A stretch of 42,046 nucleotides of DNA. Origin: Candidatus Methylomirabilia bacterium (GTDB lineage Bacteria; Methylomirabilota; Methylomirabilia; Rokubacteriales; CSP1-6). The notes below the pieces were generated by a model, which had not been told where the DNA came from, did not search any database, and saw only the letters and a program-made list of their open reading frames with translations. Below are positions 27,304 through 34,680 of the stretch, one piece after another (positions within the stretch are counted from its first letter, which is position 1; every line of letters begins with the position of its first letter). The stretch covers positions 1-42,046 of the forward strand of contig JBGQEL010000031.1 of NCBI GenBank assembly GCA_041496385.1, in the 5' to 3' direction. Both the position numbers and the translations under genes were made by a program.

Positions 27304-28242
27304 TTACTCGGGGGACGTCGTCGAGGCCGGGGTGAGCTCGGGGCGGCAGACCGCCCGGAAGTTGCACCAGCGACAGATCCGCAACTCCTCGGTCCTCTCG
27401 AAATCGTTGATCACCGCGACGTTCGCCGCGGGGTCCACGAGGTACGCCTTCATGGACCGCACGGACAGCCGGATCTGCTCCTTGATCTCGTCGAGGCGCG
27501 CCGGGCTCCACCGGTGGGGCGTCACCTCGGGCTCGCGGAGGTTCGCCTCCAGCAGGTCCACGTTCGCGGGCTCGACGCCGAGCACCTCGTGGGCGTAGAG
27601 GGCGTAGCAGCCCAGCTGGAAGGCGGCGCCCTCGGGGTTCGCGCCGCCCGTCTTCCAGTCCACGAGCGCCAGGCGCCCGTCCCCGGTCCAGTACCCGAAG
27701 TCGGGCGCGACCCAGACGGAGGTGCCCTCAAACTCGAACACCTTCGACCAGTGCTCGATGGACCAGTGCGTGGGCTCCGTCTTGCGGATCTCGGCGGTGA
27801 GCGGAAGGCGGAAGAAGTTCCGCAGGCACTGCCCGACGTTGCGGCTCAGGGCCTGCCACGCCTCCGGCTTCAGGTCGATCCGGTACTCGTGCTCGAAGAG
27901 CGCCGTCGTCTTCGGGTTGTCGCGGTACCGGCCGTCCCTCGACGAGCGCCACTCGCCGCGCATGCGCTCGATGACGTCCGCGACGAACGGCTCGACGGGG
28001 ATGTCCCGGCCCTGGGCGAAGGCGTGGAACGCCATCTCGACCGCGTCGTGCACGACGCGCCCCGCCCACATCTGGCGCGACGCGAGCTGTTTCAGGACGT
28101 AGAGACGCCGGATCTCGTCCGGTGCGGCGGCGTCCCAGCCGCCCCAGGCGCCGTAGTAGTGATAGAAGTACTTCCGACGGCAGTCCTGGAAGGTGTTGTC
28201 GCGGCTCCGCGACCAGGAAAACTCGTTGGTGATGTCCGCCAT
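27304..28242 (-). CDS. PD-(D/E)XK nuclease, RecB/AddB/Cas4-like, with four-Cys staple
   Basis: SWSRSR..FQDCRRKYFY, GRVVHDA, PD..LVDWKTG, QLGCYALY, CRWCNFRAVC; alternative start 28251. Confidence 0.85.
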   Translation of the reverse strand: MADITNEFSWSRSRDNTFQDCRRKYFYHYYGAWGGWDAAAPDEIRRLYVLKQLASRQMWAGRVVHDAVEMAFHAFAQGRDIPVEPFVADVIERMRGEWRSSRDGRYRDNPKTTALFEHEYRIDLKPEAWQALSRNVGQCLRNFFRLPLTAEIRKTEPTHWSIEHWSKVFEFEGTSVWVAPDFGYWTGDGRLALVDWKTGGANPEGAAFQLGCYALYAHEVLGVEPANVDLLEANLREPEVTPHRWSPARLDEIKEQIRLSVRSMKAYLVDPAANVAVINDFERTEELRICRWCNFRAVCRPELTPASTTSPE

Positions 28243-28296
28243 CGCCGGCATTGTCGCACGACGGTGGAGCCCGATGCGCCGCTAACACCACCGCGC

Positions 28297-28325
28297 TTGA
28301 CGCTCCGGGGAGCCGCTGCTACGTT
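28297..28325 (+). promoter_or_regulatory. sigma70-like promoter, probably giving a leaderless mRNA
   Basis: TTGACG (28297-28302), 17-nt spacer, TG-n-TACGTT (-10 at 28320-28325); GTG start at 28332 with no SD. Confidence 0.5.
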
Positions 28326-28331
28326 GGCCTC

Positions 28332-28628
28332 GTGGCGAAGGGATCGTTCACCATCGAGTGCCCCTGCTGCAAGGCGAAGCTCACGCTGGACCCCGAGCTG
28401 CGCGCCCTGATCGCGCACGAGCCGCCGCCGCCCTCTCGCTCGGTCGCCGATCTCGGCGCCGCGCTCGACAAGCTGCGCACGCGCTCCGCGCAGGTCGAAG
28501 AACGCTTCAAGCAGAGCGTCGAGGCCGAGGGCCAGAAGGGCAAGGTCCTCGACCGGAAGTTCCAGGAAGGGCTCAAGAAGGCGAAGGACTCGCCCGACCC
28601 GCCGCCGCGCCGCTACGACTACGACTGA
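28332..28628 (+). CDS. Small conserved-looking hypothetical protein with CPCC motif and coiled coil
   Basis: GSFTIECPCCKAKLTLDP...EERFKQSVEAE..KVLDRKFQEGLKKAK..YDYD*; GC3-rich codon usage typical of real genes here. Confidence 0.7.
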   Translation: MAKGSFTIECPCCKAKLTLDPELRALIAHEPPPPSRSVADLGAALDKLRTRSAQVEERFKQSVEAEGQKGKVLDRKFQEGLKKAKDSPDPPPRRYDYD

Positions 28629-29628
28629 CAACCTCCTCCGGCAGGTCAGCCGGTCCTTCTACCTCTCGCTCGCGATCCTCCCCCGCCCGCTCCGTGAGCC
28701 CATCGGTCTCGCGTACCTGCTCGCGCGCGCCGCGGACACCGTCGCCGACACGCGGCTGATCCCGCGCGCGGCACGGCTCGCGCATCTCCAGACGCTGCGG
28801 CGCGCGTACGCGGGCGAGGACGCCGACGTCGCGGGGGTCGCGCGCGCCTGCGGGCCGCACCAGATCCACGCCGCCGAGCGCCGCCTGCTCGAGCGCCTCG
28901 GCGCGGCGCTCACGCGGCTCGACGCCCTGGCGTCCGCCGATCGGACGGAGGTCCGCGGCGTGCTCGGCACGCTGACCTCCGGCATGGTCTTCGACCTGAC
29001 GCGCTTCCCCGGCGAGGACACGTCCGGGCTCGCCGCCCTCGACACGCCGGAGGAGCTCGACCGCTACGTCTACCTCGTCGCCGGCTGCGTCGGGCCCTTC
29101 TGGACCGCGCTCCACGTCGCGCACCGGCCACGCCTCCGGCGCTGGAACCTCGGCGCGATGAGCGAGCAGGGCATCCACTTCGGCAAGGCGCTCCAGCTCA
29201 CGAACATTCTCCGCGACGTCCACGCCGACCTCCAGCACGGCCGGTGCTATCTCCCCGGGGAGGAGCTGGCGCGGCTCGGCCTCGGGCCCAAGGACCTGCT
29301 GGAGGCCCAGGGGTCGGCGCGCGCGCGGCCCCTCTACCGCCGGCTCCTCGGCATCGCGCTCGAGCACTACGACGTCGCCTGGCGCTACACGCTCGCGATC
29401 CCGCGCCGCGAGTGGCGCATGCGTCTGGCGTGCGCGTGGCCGCTCTCCATCGGGCTCGCGACCGTCGCCGCGCTCGCCGCGCACCCGAACCCACTCGCGG
29501 CGCCCGCGCCGATCAAGATCACGCGCGGCGCCGTGCGCGCCCTGCTCGCCCGCTCGGCGCTCGGCGTGTGGTCCAATCGAGCGCTCGCGGCCGACGCCGA
29601 GCGGCTGCGCCGGCGCGTCGCGCTCTAA
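28621..29628 (+). CDS. Squalene/phytoene synthase family protein (no canonical start; ACG at 28621 proposed)
   Basis: Frame is open from the stop at 28408-28410. LLRQVSRSFYLSLAILP, AYLLARAADTVAD, YVYLVAGCVG, ALQLTNILRDVHAD..GRCYLP. The first ATG/GTG/TTG (28960) lies downstream of motif I. Confidence 0.85.
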   Translation, partial: TTDNLLRQVSRSFYLSLAILPRPLREPIGLAYLLARAADTVADTRLIPRAARLAHLQTLRRAYAGEDADVAGVARACGPHQIHAAERRLLERLGAALTRLDALASADRTEVRGVLGTLTSGMVFDLTRFPGEDTSGLAALDTPEELDRYVYLVAGCVGPFWTALHVAHRPRLRRWNLGAMSEQGIHFGKALQLTNILRDVHADLQHGRCYLPGEELARLGLGPKDLLEAQGSARARPLYRRLLGIALEHYDVAWRYTLAIPRREWRMRLACAWPLSIGLATVAALAAHPNPLAAPAPIKITRGAVRALLARSALGVWSNRALAADAERLRRRVAL

Positions 29629-29705
29629 TTTCTCCCTTGCGCTCGCGCGATCGCGACTGCACGGTAGGGCAGGCGCAAGCCAGTCGCCCGCTCATGGAGG
29701 ACATC

Positions 29706-29960
29706 ATGGAACGTCAGTTCGCCGAGCCCCAGCCCTGGACGCCAGCCCCTGCCCCGCCGCCCCCACCGCCGATGGCGACACCCGCGCCATCCGCGCCGAC
29801 GGCGCCCGCCGTACGGGCGCCGAAGGCCGCCCGGCCGAAACCCAGGCCGAAGGCGAAGAAGAAGACCCGGCCGAAGGCCAAGGCCAGAAAGGCCAAGGCC
29901 CGGAAGCCCACGGGCAAGGCCCGGTCGAAGAAGGCCAAGAAGAAGGCGCGGCGCCGCTAG
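29706..29960 (+). CDS. Small Pro-rich, Lys/Arg/Ala-rich basic protein (histone H1-like tail)
   Basis: GGAGG at 29696-29700 then ATG 29706; ...PKAKKKTRPKAKARKAKARKPTGKARSKKAKKKARRR*. AAG/GCC codon bias supports this frame. Confidence 0.7.
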   Translation: MERQFAEPQPWTPAPAPPPPPPMATPAPSAPTAPAVRAPKAARPKPRPKAKKKTRPKAKARKAKARKPTGKARSKKAKKKARRR

Positions 29961-30853
29961 TCGAGCACGTCGAGGCCGAGGACGGCGGCCGGGTCGACCC
30001 GCGCGGCGCCCAGCTGGGCGCCGAAATGCAGGTGCGGCCCCGTCGCGCGTCCCGTCGCCCCCACCGTCCCGAGCGTCTGGCCGCGCTCGAGCCGCTGCCC
30101 CTCGACGACCGCGACCTCGTCGAGGTGGAAGTAGAGCGTGTAGAGGCCGAGGCCGTGGTCGAGGACGACGAACCGGCCCGGGAAGAAGAACTCGGCGACG
30201 AGCGCCACGCGGCCCGAGTTGACCGCGACGATCGGCGTCCCCTTCGGCGCCGAGAAATCCGCGCCGCCGTGGGGCGCGCGCGGCTGCCCGTTGATGACCC
30301 GGCGGGCGCCGAATCCGGTACCCGGCTCGGTGCCGGCGACCGGCCGCGTGAAGCGGCCGCGCCAGAGCCGCTCCGGCGTGAGCGTCCGGTAAAGCGTCTG
30401 GAGCCGCTTCCCCTCCGCCACCGCGCGCCGCTCCGTCTCGGGGTCGAGGTCGACCATGGCGCGCTGGAGCTGGAGCCGCTCGACGGGGAAGCTGCGCCGG
30501 AGCACCTGCACCGTCCCCCGCGCCGTGCGGGGCGCGCGCCCCGGCTCGACGACCCCGACCCGCCACGGCTGCGCGCCCGGCCTGGTCTCGAGGTCGAGTC
30601 CGACCAGGGCCGCCTGGCCGCCCGCGTAGGGGAAGAAGGCCAGCGGGCGGCCGCTCAGCGAGCCCTCGACCGTGGCGTCCTCGGCCACGTTCTTCACGTG
30701 GAGCCAGGCCACATCGCCGACCCGCGGCTTCGCCGGATGCCAGGCGACGTCCGCGCGCTCCGCCGCGCCCGCCGCGGGGCCCACCAGCGCGACGACAGCC
30801 GCGGCGGCGAGCAGACGTGTGGCGGCCTCGCGGGCCCCGCGACGGCGCCTCAC
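29957..30853 (-). CDS. M23 family metallopeptidase, exported
   Basis: GTGA-coupled start, signal peptide, FGARRVING..HGGADF (HxxxD), DHGLGLYTLYFHL, ATGPHLH (HxH). Confidence 0.9.
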   Translation of the reverse strand: MRRRRGAREAATRLLAAAAVVALVGPAAGAAERADVAWHPAKPRVGDVAWLHVKNVAEDATVEGSLSGRPLAFFPYAGGQAALVGLDLETRPGAQPWRVGVVEPGRAPRTARGTVQVLRRSFPVERLQLQRAMVDLDPETERRAVAEGKRLQTLYRTLTPERLWRGRFTRPVAGTEPGTGFGARRVINGQPRAPHGGADFSAPKGTPIVAVNSGRVALVAEFFFPGRFVVLDHGLGLYTLYFHLDEVAVVEGQRLERGQTLGTVGATGRATGPHLHFGAQLGAARVDPAAVLGLDVLD

Positions 30854-31728
30854 TCGGGCCGCTGCTGGCGCAGGAACTGCTCGAACTCGGCGACGAGCTC
30901 GGCCGCTGGCGGCAGATCGCTTGTGGCGCCGGGCTCGGCCGCCGCGTGCTCCTCGGCCTCGCGCGACTCGAGCTTCTTGACGTAGCCGGCGATCTTGGCG
31001 TTCTGGGAGACGATCTCCTTGAGGTTCTCGTCGAACTGGCGGACCGCCTCGTCGAGGTCCGAGAGGTCGAGGGTGGCGCCGACGATCGGGAGCACGCGCT
31101 TGACGAGCGCGAGCGTCGCCTTGGGGTTCTCGATGCCCGAGATGTAGTGAGGCACGTTGGCCCAGAGACTCGCCGTGGCGAACCCCTGGTCGCGGCAGAT
31201 GGTGTTCAGGACGCCGACGATGCCGGTCGGCCCCTCGTAGCGCGTCGTGCGGACGCCGAGGCGCGCGGCCAGCTCGGGATCCGTCGCGCCCCCCGCGAGA
31301 CGGACCGGACGCGTGTGGGGCACCTCGGCGAGGAGGGCGCCGAGCGTGAGGACGAGGGTCACGTCGCAGCGCCGCGCCAGCTCGAGCACGGCCTCGCAGT
31401 AGGTCCGCCAGCGGAGGTGGGGCTCGGTGGCGACGCCGACGATCACGTCGCGCGCGAGGGCGGGCGACTGCGAGATCGAGAAATCGGTCGTCGGCCAGAT
31501 GATCTCGCGCTCGGTCTCGGAGCCCGGCTTGAACCGCACGGTGGGCCGGTTCAGGCCGAAGTGGTAGAACTCCTCGGGATCGATCTCGGCGAACTTCTCG
31601 GCGGAGAGCGAGGAGGCCAGGTAGCGGGCCGCCGTGGTCGCGGCCTCGGCGGCGTCGTTCCAGCCGCTCCACGCCATGATCAGGACGGGGCGCCGCATCC
31701 CCTCGGGCTGCGCGTGGATCGTCAGCAT
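30850..31728 (-). CDS. PAC2 (proteasome assembly chaperone-like) family protein
   Basis: AWSGWNDAAEAAT, IDPEEFY..RP, EPHLRWR, LGALLAEVPHTRP, YEGPTGIVGVL, WANVPHY. Confidence 0.88.
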   Translation of the reverse strand: MLTIHAQPEGMRRPVLIMAWSGWNDAAEAATTAARYLASSLSAEKFAEIDPEEFYHFGLNRPTVRFKPGSETEREIIWPTTDFSISQSPALARDVIVGVATEPHLRWRTYCEAVLELARRCDVTLVLTLGALLAEVPHTRPVRLAGGATDPELAARLGVRTTRYEGPTGIVGVLNTICRDQGFATASLWANVPHYISGIENPKATLALVKRVLPIVGATLDLSDLDEAVRQFDENLKEIVSQNAKIAGYVKKLESREAEEHAAAEPGATSDLPPAAELVAEFEQFLRQQRPE

Positions 31729-31779
31729 CGGGTCGGCCTCCTCGACGTGTTGGGTTCCGAGTCTAGCACGAAGTGCGCA

Positions 31780-31808
31780 TTGACCCGTCCCGGGCGGGAC
31801 GGTAGCAT
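31780..31808 (+). promoter_or_regulatory. sigma70-like promoter
   Basis: TTGACC (31780-31785), 17-nt spacer, TAGCAT (31803-31808), followed by GAGGAGG RBS and ATG 31845. Confidence 0.55.
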
Positions 31809-31844
31809 TGGCCCAGACCCACATCCCTGAGGAGGGCATTCGCC

Positions 31845-32102
31845 ATGCGACGTTACACTCTGCGCCCGCTCCTGATCGGGGCAGCGCTGATCGCCGCCAC
31901 CGGGTGCGCGACCGGCGAGGAATGGCAGATCTGGCGGTCGAACACGTCTCACTTCGCCTCCAGCGAGCACTTGACGTTCTCGGTGCGCAACCGCGAGGGC
32001 GCGCCCACGCGGGTCACACGCGCGGACGTCGCGCTCGCGCGCCAGCAGAGCTGGTTCGGCAAGGCGGTCACGGTGAGCCAGGAGCAGATTCTTGAGAGGT
32101 AG
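31845..32102 (+). CDS. Small hypothetical lipoprotein
   Basis: Strong RBS, basic N-terminus, hydrophobic stretch and ATGC lipobox-like Cys21. Confidence 0.75.
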   Translation: MRRYTLRPLLIGAALIAATGCATGEEWQIWRSNTSHFASSEHLTFSVRNREGAPTRVTRADVALARQQSWFGKAVTVSQEQILER

Positions 32103-32790
32103 GTCTGCGGTGGCCGTTGCGGCCCTCGCCGTCCTCGCGATCGTGGGGGGCGCGCGCGCCGCGCCCCCCGAGGACAACATCCTGCCCGCCGACCAGTACA
32201 CGACCGACAAGGGCCGCACGCTCGGCGCGAAGTACGCGACGGCGCTGCGCGAGCTCAACGCCGGCATCTACAACTGCATGCCGTGGCTCGACGTCCAGAG
32301 GCAGGGCATCGGCTTCTTCCGGCCGAAGCACATGACTCCGCCGAAGGACGACCGGTATCTCTCGCTCCGGATCTACGTCGACCAGGACCCGTCGGCCCCG
32401 TTCTCGGCGCTCAAGTTCGAGGAGCGCGCCTCGGCGATGTTCTCCCGCTACGTCGGGGAGATGCTCCGCCGCATGACGCAGACGGCTTCGATCCTCTCCG
32501 ACCCGGCCGTGGACGGCTTCACCGTGATCGTGGACTGGCTCAAGCAGACGGGCGGGACCGGGCGCCCGGTCCGCGAGACCATCGCCGTCTTCACGGAACG
32601 CCCGGCGGCCGCCGACTACCTGGCCGCCCGCGCGAAGATCGCCGACCTCGCCGCGCGGGCCGTCGTCTTCGGCTACGACGGCGAGACGCCGCTCGGCCGG
32701 TTCCGGCTCCAGGCCTGGGAGGACGGCTTCGTCAAGAGCTTCCAGGTCGCGAACTACCAGCCCGACGCGGGCGTCACCTGCCGCCGCTGA
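32092..32790 (+). CDS. Hypothetical exported protein
   Basis: AGGAG 7 nt before TTG 32092; signal peptide ending ARA-A; typical codon usage; no family recognised. Confidence 0.75.
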   Translation: MRGRSAVAVAALAVLAIVGGARAAPPEDNILPADQYTTDKGRTLGAKYATALRELNAGIYNCMPWLDVQRQGIGFFRPKHMTPPKDDRYLSLRIYVDQDPSAPFSALKFEERASAMFSRYVGEMLRRMTQTASILSDPAVDGFTVIVDWLKQTGGTGRPVRETIAVFTERPAAADYLAARAKIADLAARAVVFGYDGETPLGRFRLQAWEDGFVKSFQVANYQPDAGVTCRR

Positions 32791-33276
32791 GGTAGGCCCG
32801 CAGCATCCTCCGCATCCCCGGGAACGCGATCGCGCCGTACGGGATCGCGCCGCGTGGGAACCACCGCACCTCGGACACGTCGTCTGCCGGCTGGAGCCGC
32901 CCGGAGGCGGGCGTGACTCTGTAGACGACCGCGAGGACCGGAAAGCCCTTGGGCCCGTAGCGATCCGTCATGAAGCCGATCAGGCGCGCGCGCCGCGTGC
33001 CCACGCCCAGCTCCTCCCTGAGCTCGCGTCGCAGACCCTCGTCGGGCCGCTCCCCGGCCTCGAGGAAGCCGCCCGGAAGGTCCCAGGTGCCCTCGTACGG
33101 CGGCCCCGCCCGCCGACCGAGGAGCAGGCGCCCCCGCTGGAGGATGATCGCGACCGACGCCGGGCGGGGCTGCCGTAGAAGATCCAGCCACAGCGAGTGC
33201 AGCGGAGTCGCCGGCGCCCGCCCTCGACGGCGCGCCGGAGGCGGCCGCCGCAGGCGATGCAGAAGCGCGCCCTCAC
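32774..33276 (-). pseudogene. Zn-ribbon Nudix hydrolase with a 1-nt frameshift (pseudogene or sequencing error)
   Basis: RFCIACG...RCTRCGWIFYGSP is in one frame, and PASVAIIL...WDLPGGFLEAGERPDEGLRRELREELG in another. One extra C at ~33162-33164 restores FYGSPAPASV. Confidence 0.8.
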
Positions 33277-34133
33277 GCGACGCGCGCGGCCAGCGCGGCG
33301 CGGATCTCCTCCGCGATCGCCGTGAGCGCCTGGGCCGCCGGGCTCTCGGGCGCCTGCGCGACGAACGGCTCGCCGCGGTCGCCCGCCGCGGCGAGGGCCG
33401 GGTCGAACGGCACGCGGCCCAGGAAGGGAATGCCCGTATCACGGGCGAGGGCGACGGCGTCCGGGCCGGGAAAGAGTCCCGCCATGTTCTCGACGAGGCC
33501 CAGGATCGGCGTCTTCGTCTGCGCCGCGGCCGTGATGGAGCGCCTGACGACGAGGTGCGAGACGTCCGAGGGGATCGTGACGACGACGCTCCCGCCGAGC
33601 CCGGGCACCAGCGACGCGACGGTCACCAGGCGGTCGGTGCCCGGCGGCAGGTCGAGCAGGAGCAGGTCGAGCTCGCCCCACTTGGTATCGGCCAGGAACT
33701 CGCGGAGCGCGTTCGCCTCCATCGTGCCGCGCCAGGTGTGCGCCTCGGCCTGCGTCAACGCGTCCCACGCGAGCGGCGTCGCGTCGGAGGGCAGCAGCAG
33801 GTCCATGGACATCACCTTCACGCCGAGCGTCGTCCGGGGCGGCTCGATACCACCCTCGACGAACACCAGGCGCTGACCGCGAACCCCGAGCACCTTGGCC
33901 ATCGTGGGGCCGTTCAGGTCGGCGTCGAGGACGCCGACCCGCGCGCCGGCGAGCGCGAACGCGCAGGCGAGGCCCGCGGTGATCGACGATTTGCCGACGC
34001 CGCCCTTGCCCGAAACGACCGCGACGAGCGCGCGCACCGCCGCGAGGTTGGCGTGGAGCTTCGCCTGCTGGACCTCCACCTGCCCGACGATGTTCGAGCC
34101 GCCGTCGCCCGCGATGTCCTTGTACTTTTTCAT
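33273..34133 (-). CDS. mrp: Mrp/NBP35 (ApbC-like) P-loop ATPase
   Basis: VSGKGGVGKS, DADLNGP, WRG, WGELDLLLLDLPPGT, GLVENM, FLGRVPFDP; lacks CPxC. Confidence 0.88.
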   Translation of the reverse strand: MKKYKDIAGDGGSNIVGQVEVQQAKLHANLAAVRALVAVVSGKGGVGKSSITAGLACAFALAGARVGVLDADLNGPTMAKVLGVRGQRLVFVEGGIEPPRTTLGVKVMSMDLLLPSDATPLAWDALTQAEAHTWRGTMEANALREFLADTKWGELDLLLLDLPPGTDRLVTVASLVPGLGGSVVVTIPSDVSHLVVRRSITAAAQTKTPILGLVENMAGLFPGPDAVALARDTGIPFLGRVPFDPALAAAGDRGEPFVAQAPESPAAQALTAIAEEIRAALAARVA

Positions 34134-34139
34134 GGGCTA

Positions 34140-34275
34140 CGATCTCCGAGCATTCTCACCGCTCGCCTCGCGCCGAGGCGGCGCTCAGCTCGCACTGCCA
34201 CACCCCCTCTCACTGCGATCTCCGATCATCTCACCGCTCGCCTCGCAGCGCGGCGCTGCTCGGCTCGCACTGCCA
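34140..34275. repeat. Two ~60-bp imperfect direct repeats with internal hairpins (REP-like)
   Basis: Copy 1 at 34140-34200 and copy 2 at 34216-34275 share CGATCTCCGA..TCTCACCGCTCGCCTCGC..GCTC(A/G)GCTCGCACTGCCA. Confidence 0.75.
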
Positions 34276-34680
34276 GGCGGCCCGGGCGAGCATGATGGCC
34301 GTCAGCGCGGCGATCGCGGCCATGAGCCAGGCGCCCGCCGCGCTCGGCGGCACGCCGCCGCCGAAGCCCGGCATGCGCATGGACTCGGGGCCCGACAGGG
34401 CGAGGCGCGCGACGAAGACGGCGCGGAGCGCCACGAGGACCGCGAGGATCCGCGCGAAATCGCGCCGCGCGAGCACCCAGCGCTCGAACCAGCCGCGCGG
34501 CGCCCACAGGAGCCAGGGCACGCCCACGGCGATCAGCGCGCCGACGCCGAACCAGAAGAGAAGCGAGCCGCGCACGGGGAACACGGTGAGCTGGAGGTAG
34601 AGCGCGGTGACCCAGTAGACGACGCCGTACGCGAGGTAGGTCCAGGCGGCGTGGCGGAAGCGTTGCCCGGGGGCGCTCAC
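34231..34680 (-). CDS. Hypothetical integral membrane protein (~4 TM)
   Basis: GTGA-coupled to the radical SAM stop; four hydrophobic segments (AAWTYLAYGVVYW..., LLFWFGVG..., ILAVLVAL..., WLMAAIA...). Confidence 0.75.
   Translation of the reverse strand: MSAPGQRFRHAAWTYLAYGVVYWVTALYLQLTVFPVRGSLLFWFGVGALIAVGVPWLLWAPRGWFERWVLARRDFARILAVLVALRAVFVARLALSGPESMRMPGFGGGVPPSAAGAWLMAAIAALTAIMLARAAWQCEPSSAALRGER

Noticed and set aside
34140..34275. Mini-CRISPR
   Set aside because: Only two ~60-bp imperfect copies with a 15-nt spacer, no leader and no cas operon; the Cas4-like nuclease is 6 kb away and solitary.
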